Shown here piece after piece: positions 1-10,584 of a stretch of 64,000 nucleotides of DNA. Each line of letters opens with the position of its first letter. Position 1 is the stretch's first letter. Position numbers and translations under genes: made by a program. The stretch is from TPA_inf: Saccharomyces (taxonomy: Eukaryota). The notes beneath the pieces are model-generated. The model had not been told where the DNA came from, did not search any database, and saw only the letters and a program-made list of their open reading frames with translations. The stretch spans positions 64,001 to 128,000 of the forward strand of contig BK006934.2 of the NCBI GenBank assembly GCA_000146045.2, read 5' to 3'.

Positions 1-157
1 GGAAATGCTTAATATGAGCCAAAACATCTGCGTTTGAACAGGGAGTTCCGTTGGAGTGACCATTGGAGTTCAAGTGAATGGACCGTCTTTTAGGAGTGAG
101 TGCTTTGACCAATTCCTGCCTTGTTTTATATTTTTTCCGCAATCCCTCCAAAGCCAT
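1..157 (-). CDS. SPO11: SPO11 (YHL022C), N-terminal 52 codons only; the gene continues beyond the left window edge
   Basis: Reverse complement of 1..157 translates MALEGLRKKYKTRQELVKALTPKRRSIHLNSNGHSNGTPCSNADVLAHIKHF, which I recognise as the Spo11 N-terminus; ATG at 155..157 on the minus strand. Confidence 0.85.
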   Translation of the reverse strand, partial: MALEGLRKKYKTRQELVKALTPKRRSIHLNSNGHSNGTPCSNADVLAHIKHF

Positions 158-461
158 GAGAAGGTGAACTTAGTAAATCGTAAAATCTTAAGGGTGAAGA
201 CAAATATGTGAGGTTATTTGAATGATATTTAGTTGGATATAATCACTAAATAAAGTAGATTTTCCTTGGGTAGTAGACTTTCTTTTACGTTATTCCTTTT
301 ATAATTTTAATTTTAGTTATTGATTTCAATGAAACAAAAGGAAACTGACGGCTTCTTAAAATAAATATATTTAACATGAAACATTAAAAAAAAAATTGTC
401 ACTACACAGAGAGAAAATAAATAAATATAAAGAATCACATAACTATGCTGAAAAAATGAAG

Positions 462-1859
462 TTATTTGTCATGAGGAAACTTCTCTTCCAAGAACTTTAA
501 TTTACTCTTGAAAGTATCAGAATCGAAATAGCAACCCTTTAACCATTGCTGGTTTGAGCTTGTTAAAGAGTTAGCATGCAAAATTCTCCTGTTGTTAAAG
601 ATAACACAACAGTTTTCGGGCAACTGCAATCTAAATTGATTGTTGAAGTCATTGATATGACTCTCGAACAAGTTCAACCCCCTAATGAAAGACTTAAACA
701 AAAATCTCTCTGTTAGTTTTGCTGGGGTGGTAATTAAATTCAAGTCCAGATTATTATTTAGATCTGAGGGCTTATCATAAATTCCGAAAGTGAAAGGTGC
801 TTGGTATGGTGGAGAGTAGTTAATGCATTTAATCAAGGCCTCATAATTACCCAGAAGAGTATTGTCCTCGTTAATGTCGTGATGTTCGATTAAAGGTTTG
901 GATTGGTAGTACCTCTTATCGCCGTTTTCATATATATAATTTACAGGAACAATTTGTAAAGCCTCATAAGCCTCAAAATCCGATTCTCTAACATTACGGG
1001 TAGCATAAAATGCGTCCACGAAGTAATTCATGGGTCTAGTATTGGGATCTTCCCCTTCTGTAGCAGGTAGAGATTGTAGAATCTGGAAACCTGGCACATT
1101 TTCTAAAAATGGTAAATCCGTATGTAGCGGCAAGTCTTTATTGGCATAATGGGCATTAACACTTGTCGCTTGGGATGCATTCACGTCAAATGTACCTTCA
1201 CCATGTACAGTCGATCTTATGGGTCCGATCCTTTCACAGATCTTTTGTATGGTAAGGCCTTCAGAGGAGGATGAAGGAGTACCGGAAATGAAAGCGATAC
1301 CAAACTTTTGTAGGTTGACCAGCGTTTGGAAAAGCTTGGAGTCATCCTTAGGATCAATAAACTCGTTGTAGCTCACAGAAAGTAAGTCCTTGACGTTATC
1401 TTTCAGGATGCGCTTATTCCATAACTGGGGTCTATATCTGGATTCTTGTTTTCTTGTTGCTGGCGAAACAAAACTGGAACCTTTATAGTCGATAAAGAAT
1501 TGTAAAGGGAACTGGTGATGACCGCCATCTTTCCATTTCACCACTAGAGATTTTCCGTCCTCAGAAATTTGAATGTCCTGAGGAGCGGTCAATTTCTCGT
1601 TATGATACAGTTCTCCCGTGGTCACCAGCTTGGCACTATGGGAGGCATCTCTAAGAAAAACGTTGTTAAAGCAAACGGAAACCGGCTTGCTGGACTCCTC
1701 CATGGAGAACGTAATTGTCGTAGAATCTCTATTGAAGTATGTTTTGATGATATGTCCCCGATTCGCAGCCGCAGCTGTCGCCGCAGATGTGTATGTCCTT
1801 GGTGTAGTGGTCAGTCTTGCAAGGATTCGAGATCCTCTGCATAAATTTGATCTTAGCAT
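462..1859 (-). CDS. AIM17: AIM17 (YHL021C), mitochondrial gamma-butyrobetaine/TauD-like dioxygenase family protein, 465 aa
   Basis: Full ORF in the six-frame track; N-terminal Arg/Ser/Thr-rich presequence (MLRSNLCRGSRILARLTTTPRTYT); length and position match YHL021C. Confidence 0.88.
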   Translation of the reverse strand: MLRSNLCRGSRILARLTTTPRTYTSAATAAAANRGHIIKTYFNRDSTTITFSMEESSKPVSVCFNNVFLRDASHSAKLVTTGELYHNEKLTAPQDIQISEDGKSLVVKWKDGGHHQFPLQFFIDYKGSSFVSPATRKQESRYRPQLWNKRILKDNVKDLLSVSYNEFIDPKDDSKLFQTLVNLQKFGIAFISGTPSSSSEGLTIQKICERIGPIRSTVHGEGTFDVNASQATSVNAHYANKDLPLHTDLPFLENVPGFQILQSLPATEGEDPNTRPMNYFVDAFYATRNVRESDFEAYEALQIVPVNYIYENGDKRYYQSKPLIEHHDINEDNTLLGNYEALIKCINYSPPYQAPFTFGIYDKPSDLNNNLDLNLITTPAKLTERFLFKSFIRGLNLFESHINDFNNQFRLQLPENCCVIFNNRRILHANSLTSSNQQWLKGCYFDSDTFKSKLKFLEEKFPHDK

Positions 1860-2128
1860 CTTGTGTTGGTAATTGGTTTCTAATAATTATTTTTTCTTTT
1901 TAACTTGGAATATGTTCCTGGCCAGTTGTGAAGAGTTACCCCTGATATTTGGATCTAGAAGGGCTTCTCCTTATATAGATAGCACTTTTCCTCGAGGATC
2001 AACCCCGGAAATGTATTCCCGACCCCCTTACGGCTGCGCAAAGGTCCTTACTGAGCCATTCAAAGGTAAAGAGGGTCCGATAATAATGGTAGTTCAAAAG
2101 GGGAGAAGCGGGGCTGGTACAATATCAC

Positions 2129-2164
2129 GATTATGATTATGATTATGATTATGATTATGATTAT
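2129..2164. repeat. Hexanucleotide microsatellite (GATTAT)x6 in the AIM17-OPI1 intergenic region
   Basis: Direct read: gattat repeated 6 times with no interruption. Confidence 0.9.
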
Positions 2165-2241
2165 GGATATTATATAAACTATATTATTCCGTATAATATT
2201 ATTACTGGTGGTAATGCATGAAAGACCTCAATCTGTCTCGG

Positions 2242-2572
2242 TTAGTCCTTGCTATCCACGTTGTCCTGAGAGGGCTTTACGTAATTGCCATCCTTCTGCT
2301 GTTGCTGCCTGTACTGTTGCTGCTGTTGCAAGAAACGCTCCCTGATCATTTCTTTTACCTCCTGTTTCTGCTTCACCCATTCTTCAGCCTTGCCCAACGT
2401 GGAGTCGACTACGCCCATGACATTTCTCACCATTTCCAGGGATTCTTTGGCGAGAATGAGTACTTTCCCATTCGCAGTTACGGAGGAGGACGGCGAGGCT
2501 GAGTCGTCGCCATCCTTGTTCCTTTTTTGCTGTTGCTGTTGCAGGAGTTGCTGCTGCAAAAGTTGCTGCTGC

Positions 2573-2603
<31 letters not shown>

Positions 2604-3456
2604 CCACTTTTTGTTCTTCACAGTTGGCATAATGAAACGAAGCATGATGCGGCAGTGATGTACTGTGGACGCTGTCGAACCAATTTGTGGGTAAGTTTAG
2701 AAGACTTTCCCGAACCTGAGATCTTGCGGGCTCCGGCAGCGAATTTGCTGTGAACTTCGATATCAGCGAGTAGACTTTCTTGACTGTGCCGACCACCTCC
2801 ATTTTCACCACAATAGACTGCTCGCTGGCGTTGACCTGCTCTGAGGCATCAAAAAACTCCTCATCGTCGTCGTCTTCGTCTGACGATGTCTCGTCCTCGC
2901 CAGCTCCAGTGGTCGTCCTAGCATTTCCATCTTGCTTGTGCAAAGGATGCACCTGCTCCTTTTCAACAAGGTCCTGTAAACACGAGATTTTATCGGAAAG
3001 CTGCTTATTGGCCAGCTTTAAAAGATGCAAGCACGTTACAAGCCTCTTCTTAGACTCGATGGACATGTTCAGCTTGTACTCTTTCAAGTTGTCCTTCCCC
3101 TTGGCAATCGCCCGCGACAGCTTCTGTCTCTTGTTGGTGAAGAACTCATCGTCGTTGTAGTCGTAATCATCATGCTCGTCATCGTCATCGTCTAGCAGCC
3201 TCCCTATTGATTTCAGTGGCCTCTTGTTGGTGTTTATTTCATCGTAGAATGTCACTACGTTACTGATAATTTTGTTACTTACGCGATCCAAAATGTTTAG
3301 CGGCGTCGTAGACGACTCACTTGCCGGCATTTTGTCAGCTTGTGAGACGTCCTCTGAAGGCTGCGACTTCTGTCTGCATGATTGTTTCAACACCCCAAGT
3401 ACTTCAGCCGCTTCTACCTCTTCCTCTGATAATCCTAAACGTTGATTTTCAGACAT
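2242..3456 (-). CDS. OPI1: OPI1 (YHL020C), transcriptional repressor of phospholipid biosynthesis genes, 404 aa
   Basis: ORF 2242..3459 starts MMSENQRLGLSEEEVEAAEV; I place the start at the second Met to give the 404-aa length I recall for Opi1. Contains the Opi1 glutamine tracts (Q12, LLQQQLLQQQQQ) and a leucine-zipper region. Confidence 0.88.
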
Positions 3457-3640
3457 CAATGACTAGTATCTTCGTTAAAAACACTGTCCTGATACACACG
3501 CTTTAATCAGCACTGTAAACAAAATGCCACGTTCTGGCCTGATATGCTTTCTTGGCTAAGTGCAGATCGCTGTCTTGCTCCAATCCTCTTATTAATCCCT
3601 CTCATTGAGGTGGAAAAAAAAAAAATAAGAACGCCCGATT

Positions 3641-3648
3641 TTACCCGG
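3641..3648. promoter_or_regulatory. Exact Reb1 consensus site TTACCCGG, about 185 bp upstream of the OPI1 ATG
   Basis: Direct read ttacccgg; Reb1 consensus is TTACCCGG; position suits a nucleosome-free promoter element for OPI1. Confidence 0.45.
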
Positions 3649-3730
3649 TTGCATATGAAGATTATAAGGTGCCATCTATATACTAAAACGAACGTACCAT
3701 TTGTCTATCTATGAGATGTCTGCGTAAGCG

Positions 3731-5548
3731 TCAAACAATATATGCGTACTCTTCGTCGCTGACGGTCTTGTATCTGACCCAGGGGAAAGACTGGTACTGC
3801 AATTGTGGCTCTTCGACCTTCAAGTACTCAACTTTCAGGCCACTGCATGTACAGTACGGAATCTCGAAATCAATGTTGACCAACTTATCTCGAGGAGTAA
3901 CGTGGGAAGTTTGTTGGTCGTGCACTTGTCTATATAGTTCTTCCAGCCTGGGTCCCGTGCGCAAGGGCGGCGGATTCATTGAGGTTTTCATTTCTTCTTG
4001 CAGGCGGTCATATTCTTCCTGGTTGAAGAGGGGGAACTCTGCCACCATGGATGCACACGTATTTGGATCATCTTCGTCGCTGTTGTACTGTGAGCTCTTG
4101 TTTGTGCTATGTTCTCGGTGCCCCTTCATGGTTTGTATCTCCCAGAGGAGAAAATCGTCACTCAAGTTAAACACGACCTTGCCGATGTTTGCCTTGAATC
4201 TAATTTGCTTGCTGAGGTCTATTTTATATTCCTGGAAGACTTTTGTCAGGGGAATTCTCACGTTTAGCTTCGACGTTGAGTTGGTGGGTTTAAAATTTGT
4301 TTGAATTTTGGTTACAATTTGGATTTTAAACTTCTTCAGTTTAGGTTTGATTTCAAAATCTTTCAACCTCACCATCGGCGCATCCTTTACATGTCTCTTC
4401 AACTCGTATTGGCAAAGAACAAATTCGCCATCCGGCGGTATAAATTCGATTTCTCTTGCATCTGTGGCGGCCTGCAAACCAGCATCATCGTCACTATTCT
4501 TTTCTTCATCTTTTTCAATAGTGTTTATGGAATCTAGTGAAACACACTGATGAAAGCTGGAATTCGACATGAACTGGGGGTCCCTGTTCAGTATCTTGTT
4601 TATGGATATTTTCAGTTTGGGCATCCCTGATAAATAGCATCTGCACACAATCTCTCCATGTATCAGATTTTTCCTAATCACTCCTTTTTCAAAATCCATC
4701 AAGTACTGAACACGTTCAATAACATCAAGAAAGAACTCGTTTTTGGCGTAATGTATCCCCTTTGTTCTCCATGATATGGGCATTATAATCGTCTTCGCAA
4801 TATCGCCATTGATGTATAAATCATTACCGTCATTGGGGAGCTCGTCATTAGCGGCTTCTTTACCGGTATCATTCTTGTTCCTTAGTGTCTCCTTGACAGT
4901 TTCCACCACGTTTATGCCCCTATTTTCTTTATTGTTTACCATTATACTTTTTAATTTACTTTTGCCCACGCTTTTCCCTTTAGTGCCCTTTTTCTTCTTC
5001 CTTTTCTTCTTCTTATCCTTCCTCTTATTAGTATTGCTGTACTCGCTATCGCTATCGCTACCGCTACTACTACTGCTCTCTTCACCAGGGCTCCACTCCT
5101 CATTGTCTACTGTAACTCTTGGTACGTTGACCTTCACACGAATGTAGTCCTTGATGATACTTGGATCCGTCACTTGTACGATACCAAAGTCTATACATTC
5201 ATCAATCAACTCCAGGACAAGTAAGATGTTGTCCAGTATGACATTCTTAGTTAAGACCTCGATTTCAAAATATTTTTGTAAAAGATGATAAAATTGTTCC
5301 AAAAAGGCTAGTATAGTCATTAAGTCTATATTTGGTTTGTCTGTGGTATGTATCACTGAAACGAAATGCAGAAAGTCTCTCTTCAAATGTATAAAGAACC
5401 AATCGTTTTGGGAGAGAATTGGAGGCGACCCGTCATGATAACATTGTTTGAAACTTGAAAGAACCGACGATAGATTCGGTAGTGCTCTAATATTCTTCGA
5501 TACCAATGGCTCCAGATTTTCATCCAGGATAAAAAGGCTTGACGACAT
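3731..5548 (-). CDS. APM2: APM2 (YHL019C), AP-1-related adaptor mu-subunit homologue, 605 aa
   Basis: Full 605-aa ORF; the N-terminus has mu/sigma longin-like features (MSSSLFILDENLEPLVSKN). A C-terminal mu-homology domain is interrupted by a Ser/Asp then Lys/Arg-rich insertion (SSSSSGSDSDSEYSNTNKRKDKKKKRKKKKGTKGK). Confidence 0.88.
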   Translation of the reverse strand: MSSSLFILDENLEPLVSKNIRALPNLSSVLSSFKQCYHDGSPPILSQNDWFFIHLKRDFLHFVSVIHTTDKPNIDLMTILAFLEQFYHLLQKYFEIEVLTKNVILDNILLVLELIDECIDFGIVQVTDPSIIKDYIRVKVNVPRVTVDNEEWSPGEESSSSSGSDSDSEYSNTNKRKDKKKKRKKKKGTKGKSVGKSKLKSIMVNNKENRGINVVETVKETLRNKNDTGKEAANDELPNDGNDLYINGDIAKTIIMPISWRTKGIHYAKNEFFLDVIERVQYLMDFEKGVIRKNLIHGEIVCRCYLSGMPKLKISINKILNRDPQFMSNSSFHQCVSLDSINTIEKDEEKNSDDDAGLQAATDAREIEFIPPDGEFVLCQYELKRHVKDAPMVRLKDFEIKPKLKKFKIQIVTKIQTNFKPTNSTSKLNVRIPLTKVFQEYKIDLSKQIRFKANIGKVVFNLSDDFLLWEIQTMKGHREHSTNKSSQYNSDEDDPNTCASMVAEFPLFNQEEYDRLQEEMKTSMNPPPLRTGPRLEELYRQVHDQQTSHVTPRDKLVNIDFEIPYCTCSGLKVEYLKVEEPQLQYQSFPWVRYKTVSDEEYAYIV

Positions 5549-5707
5549 GCCTTTCCTTCCTGATTTCCTCTTTACTATTTTTGGGTCCCTTTATTTGCTT
5601 TTTGTCCAAGGCATTCTCAATTTTCCAATCTGGAATTTAAGCCCTTCCAGTTATAAAACAGTAAACACAACCTACCAAAAGCAGAAAGAAACCAAAGTAA
5701 GAATACA

Positions 5708-6070
5708 ATGCACAACAAGATTGTTAGAATCGCGTCCAGTGCACTCACAGGGGGCAAACTACTCGAGAAGCTAAAACCCTTGACCCGTTGGGAAGTTCAA
5801 TGGGACCCTAATAAGACCAAATGTTTGGGAATAACAAGAGAGGTAACATTCAAGGACTACGAAACCACATGGGCCTTTTTGACTCGTGTATCGATGAGAT
5901 CTCATCTATGGGGCCACCATCCCCTGATTCACACAAGTTACACCTGGGTCAAGCTGGAACTTCATACGCATGACATAGACCCGAAAGACGGGGCTCACAG
6001 CCAGCTTAGCGATATAGACGTCCGGATGGCCAAGAGAATAGATTCCTACATCGATGAGATGACAACTTGA
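5708..6070 (+). CDS. YHL018W, pterin-4a-carbinolamine dehydratase (PCD/DCoH)-family protein, 120 aa
   Basis: Contains the PCD signature region ...FKDYETTWAFLTRVSMRSHLWGHHPLIHTSYTWVKLELHTHD (E-x-x-W...HHP...W); the N-terminus looks like a mitochondrial targeting sequence. Confidence 0.8.
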   Translation: MHNKIVRIASSALTGGKLLEKLKPLTRWEVQWDPNKTKCLGITREVTFKDYETTWAFLTRVSMRSHLWGHHPLIHTSYTWVKLELHTHDIDPKDGAHSQLSDIDVRMAKRIDSYIDEMTT

Positions 6071-6275
6071 TAAGGCAGGGCAGGTCTAAAAGGCTATTGC
6101 TCTTTCCATTTTTTTTTTCCTATCGATTTTACTACTAGAAATTTTTGCTACCCATACCCATTCTCGCATTGCAACATGGAAAAACTGAAAATTGAAAAAA
6201 AAGGTATTGAAATTTCAACTGTATTGTGTAAATCATTTTTGGGCAAACTAGACACAATAACTAGCGAACAGAAAA

Positions 6276-7874
6276 ATGGATAGAACGTGGCTATTACTGA
6301 CGTGGCTGTTGCTACTCTGTGGGGTAGTTCAAGGGAACCAAGAAAGCATAAATCAAAAATATCACGATGTCTGTTCAGGGATGTATTCCAAGGAGGATTT
6401 CAATGGAAAAGTTGACCCCTATATATCGTTTACGTTGGAGGAATTGTCACTTGCTGATGAAGACGATGATGGCGAGGGGGTTAGTGTTGCTGTGTTTGAT
6501 TTCCAAGATTATGAGCATATTGGTGTGCGGTTACCAAATGGAGAAATTCAGTATATTTGCGATGACTACGCATTGGATTTGGGCCTCTGTGAGGATTCGT
6601 CGGAGGGGCAATTTATCATTCAAGAGACAGCCATCGATCCGTTCACCAGTAAGGAACATAAGCTAACGAGTCAGATTTTGACTTTCACTCAACAAGAATT
6701 GGGCACTAACGACAAGGTATACTCAATTAACAAAACTGGTTACTATTGTGTGACCACGTCATCTTTCATTTCTTCCAGTTCCAAGTTTAAGGCTACAGTG
6801 AATTTTAGGAACGCTTACGGTCAATTGGACGCTTCAGAGGCGTACAAGATGCCTATTTATGCCTTTTTGGCCGTCGCTTATGCCGTCTGTACATTAGTGT
6901 ACTCTTGGCTATGCTGGAAGCATAGACATGAGTTACTGCCTTTACAAAGGTACATTTTGGTATTTTGTATTTTCCTAACAGCTGATACTATTTTCGTCTG
7001 GATGTACTATATTATTGAGAACCAGAAGGGAAACTCCAGCGTCGCTCTTCATGTCTATATGGTTTTCATATCGATCTTTAGCGCCGGTAAGATGACTTTC
7101 ACGCTTCTCCTCGCCTTGCTGATATCTCTTGGATATGGTATAGTATATCCAAAACTGGACCGTACATTGCTAAGAAGATGTCAAATATTTGCGATATTTA
7201 CGTTTGCAGTGTGCGTTGCATTCCTGGTCCAAAAATATTCCCAGAATTCTGAGTCTTTATCCAATTTGATTTTGATTACTGCTATCCCCTTAGTATTATG
7301 TCTATTCGCTTTCTATTATTTGACACTGTCTTCAATGAACAAAACAATGACTTATTTGAGGGAACAAAACCAAGTGGTGAAATTAAACATGTACAGAAAA
7401 CTGATCATATTGTGTTATATTTCGTTGTTTATACTCTTCTTAGGCTTACTAGTCTCTACTTTTGCATACGTCGGTATGGACACTGTTGACATGATAGAAC
7501 AATATTGGAAAACAGAATTCCTCATCACAGATACTTGGCCTAGTTTCGTTTACTTCTTGGTCTTCGTCATTTTCGCATTCTTCTGGAGACCTACAAGTAC
7601 ATCATATTTACTAGCGTGCTCGCATCAATTACCAACTGACATGGAAAATGTATCAGAATTCGATTTAGATGACATAAATTCCTTGTCTGATGAGGCATTG
7701 CCTAATAGAGAGCCACGTAATGACTACCAGGAACACGATCACAATATGGATATTGATTTAGCATCCGATTTTGAAGAAGTGCCAAGTGTAAATGCAAATA
7801 CGAACGCAAATAATGACGTATTGTTCGACGTAGATTACGACAGAGATGCAAAAAATGATAGAAGTACTACATAA
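6276..7874 (+). CDS. YHL017W, multi-pass membrane protein (Ptm1 paralogue), 532 aa
   Basis: Signal peptide ([20 protein letters not shown]), lumenal domain, then 7 predicted TM helices and an acidic C-terminal tail; length and position match YHL017W. Confidence 0.82.
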
Positions 7875-8036
7875 ACGGACCAAATAACATAAATTTAGAA
7901 ATTTCCTTTTTTTTTTTTTTTTCCCCTTGACTTTCTTTTCTTTTATGTACCTATAATGAAAGACTATTTTATAATTAGAGCTATTTAAAAATTATTAATG
8001 AGGTTGATGAGTGGATAGAATATTATATTTTGAAAG

Positions 8037-10244
8037 CTAAATTATTTCATCAACTTGTCCGAAATGTGATGATTGTCTATGTGCTCTCGCACTAATTTGG
8101 CTTGTTACTACATGCAGATCTTGTGGGTTCGAATTTTGCCATTCCCTTAATTTATAAGTTTGACCAGATAGATCCCAGTAAAGGCCTCGCAAAGTGGTAT
8201 ATATACCATGCCTACCTTCCCAGAGTGGATAAATACAAACGGCAAACGCACTGAAAAAAAGCCAGATGATCATCACAACAACCCAACCGGTAAAGAATTT
8301 TTTACTGAAGATATATTTGGAACCATACATGGGCATGGGCCAAACTACCAAAAATGCCAAAGCGAAAAAAACACATAGGAAGTATGCAATTTTTAAACCA
8401 CGTGCTAGTTCTCTTTGTTCTTCGTCTAATTCATTTTGTAACTGTGTGTCATCTTCTTGAAAAATGGCATTACTTATTACAACACCAAGGTTAGGCTCAA
8501 TCAATTTTTCATTATTTACTCTAACATCGTTTTTTTCACTATCTGAGACCAGAGAATTTGTTTCTTCTTCTTGTTCCTTATCGTTAGCTTCAGCATCGTA
8601 AAGCTGGATATCAGGGTCAGCCTGAACTAACTCTGCAGTTTCGTCAACTCTAGTAATATCTTTCATTTTCTCCCAGTCAAAATTTTGTGGCTTAAACACA
8701 TACGTTAAAATAGGAATAAAAATGGCTGGTGATAGCAAAGCCACCAAGTTACCTGTTAACATTGGATAATCCATGAACGTAGTATCCACGGTCAATTCTT
8801 TATAAAGGGATTTGGTACAGACAAGCCATGACATTATAGCCAGTCCTGTGCCCAAAATAGGCGACACTACAGCGGCCACCAAATTCATGTCTTTGGAACA
8901 TAAGGTCAAAACGACAGGTAATACTGCACTACTAATAATTATACCCATCATTTCATAGATATAACCCATAGAAATACCACCATAGTATAAACCAACCGAA
9001 AATCCACTCATGGCAAGACCAAAAAAGATACAAGCAACGTGTGATGTGTAAATCAATTTCTTACCGCTTGCACGAGGATCAATATATTCTCTATAGATAT
9101 CGTAAGTGAAAACAGATGAAACGGCAATTAGTTCAGCAGACATAGCAGATGTGACGGCCATGAAAATCATTAGCAGCGATGCCACAGCACCCCCCTTACC
9201 CATGATAGCAATTGCAGCTGCCGGCAAGACTAACCCAGAATTTGCCTGGAACGAAGTAAGTGGATCAGGATAGGTGGGGAAGTTCGGAGACGTTTCCACC
9301 GCAAGACATGCTAATCCCATGGTCAATGAAATCAAAGAAGGTACTGCAAACCATGCTAACCCACCGATGGCATATGCTTTCAAACTCGCTGCGGGACTAG
9401 CAGAAATCGCTTTATTCCAATAACCATTATCAAGGAAAACGGTGCCGAAATTTCCAATCAGGTTAATAATTAATAAAATACCAGCGGATTTGGATGTCAT
9501 GGTCATATATTCACCCTGATAGTTACCGTCTACTGGATGCCTCTTGGCGGCTTCACGAACTAAGTCATAAACTTTTCCCGGTGAGCCTAAAACATCACTA
9601 GTCGCATAAACTTTAAAGGCAAATACGAGGACAATGATGATAATGACACATGTGTGCATATAGTCCGTTAAGAAAGTTGCTTTAATCCCACCAAATAGAG
9701 TATAAACAACAACACCCACAGGCAGTAAAAAACATGATGCGATAGTGTTCATCCCGGTTAAATCACTAAAGACAGCAGAACCTGAAGTTAAAAGCATTGA
9801 AGTGACTAAAATATTCGTCGCGATGGCATAAAACAAGTAGCAACCATGGCCGATCTTACCATATCTTGTTCTCACTAATTCTAAATATGTGTGCGCATTG
9901 GGAGCCATTTGCTTGGTTTTAATTGCCAAAATTGCGAATGCAATAATTTGGAAGCATGCGCCAGCAGCGTACGCATAACCGCCAAATATACCGTCTGCAT
10001 ATTCCTTTGTTGACGACGTTAACAATGTAGAACACCAGATCCAACTAGAAACCACGGCTGCAGCCACTAAGCCGGTTTTTACAGATCTACCGGCGGTGGT
10101 GAATTCTTCTGCTGTGATGATTTCCTTTTGATAACGTTTCAGTAAATAAGTGGTCAAAACCATCATTCCTGCAAATACGGCCCCTAGGCCCAATACAATA
10201 GCGTACCCAGCGCCTTGAGGTAGCGGAGGTTTAAATTCTCCCAT
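8037..10244 (-). CDS. DUR3: DUR3 (YHL016C), plasma-membrane urea/polyamine transporter, sodium:solute symporter family, 735 aa
   Basis: 735-aa polytopic ORF with SSS-family character (MGEFKPPLPQGAGYAIVLGLGAVFAGMMV...); position between YHL017W and RPS20. Confidence 0.9.
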   Translation of the reverse strand: MGEFKPPLPQGAGYAIVLGLGAVFAGMMVLTTYLLKRYQKEIITAEEFTTAGRSVKTGLVAAAVVSSWIWCSTLLTSSTKEYADGIFGGYAYAAGACFQIIAFAILAIKTKQMAPNAHTYLELVRTRYGKIGHGCYLFYAIATNILVTSMLLTSGSAVFSDLTGMNTIASCFLLPVGVVVYTLFGGIKATFLTDYMHTCVIIIIVLVFAFKVYATSDVLGSPGKVYDLVREAAKRHPVDGNYQGEYMTMTSKSAGILLIINLIGNFGTVFLDNGYWNKAISASPAASLKAYAIGGLAWFAVPSLISLTMGLACLAVETSPNFPTYPDPLTSFQANSGLVLPAAAIAIMGKGGAVASLLMIFMAVTSAMSAELIAVSSVFTYDIYREYIDPRASGKKLIYTSHVACIFFGLAMSGFSVGLYYGGISMGYIYEMMGIIISSAVLPVVLTLCSKDMNLVAAVVSPILGTGLAIMSWLVCTKSLYKELTVDTTFMDYPMLTGNLVALLSPAIFIPILTYVFKPQNFDWEKMKDITRVDETAELVQADPDIQLYDAEANDKEQEEETNSLVSDSEKNDVRVNNEKLIEPNLGVVISNAIFQEDDTQLQNELDEEQRELARGLKIAYFLCVFFALAFLVVWPMPMYGSKYIFSKKFFTGWVVVMIIWLFFSAFAVCIYPLWEGRHGIYTTLRGLYWDLSGQTYKLREWQNSNPQDLHVVTSQISARAHRQSSHFGQVDEII

Positions 10245-10424
10245 ACTATAACAATGACAAATTTATGTTATTACTTTTTCTTGGATGAACCCAATTTAAG
10301 AATCTAGACAAGGGAAACTGCTAACAATAGTAAAGCTACGGCTATACTACTGCTTCATTTTATATACTTGGCGAACAAGACGTATCTTCATGCAACACCG
10401 ATGAATAGAGCACATCTTGCCTGT

Positions 10425-10438
10425 TATCTAAGGATAAC
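10425..10438. promoter_or_regulatory. Inverted GATA pair (TTATCT..GATAAC) in the DUR3 promoter, about 185 bp upstream
   Basis: Direct read ttatctaaggataac; GATAA cores are the Gln3/Gat1 nitrogen-catabolite-repression UAS; DUR3 is a known NCR-regulated gene. Confidence 0.4.
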
Positions 10439-10573
10439 CGTACCGTAGAAAGCGCAATGATGAGTTACACCTTTCCCATAGGTACGCCTGCTTGTTTCTA
10501 TGCTGCAACTGACTATTGGCCTGTCCACTCTCGAGCATTATTGTCTGTCGCATTTGCTATCATAAAATATCCC

Positions 10574-10584
10574 GATAAGATAAC
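10574..10584. promoter_or_regulatory. Tandem overlapping GATAAGATAAC (two GATAA cores) in the DUR3 promoter, about 330 bp upstream
   Basis: Direct read cccgataagataacacc; GATAAG is the canonical UAS-NTR core. Confidence 0.45.

Noticed and set aside
2285-2632. Plus-strand ORF encoding poly-Cys/Ser (CCCCLYCCCCCKK...)
   Set aside because: It is the antisense frame of the OPI1 CAG/CAA polyglutamine tract; a repeat-generated shadow ORF.
3711-5147. Plus-strand ORFs 3711..4304, 4301..4550 and 4776..5147 inside APM2
   Set aside because: They are antisense to a well-supported 605-aa gene, low-complexity and without motifs; treated as shadow ORFs.
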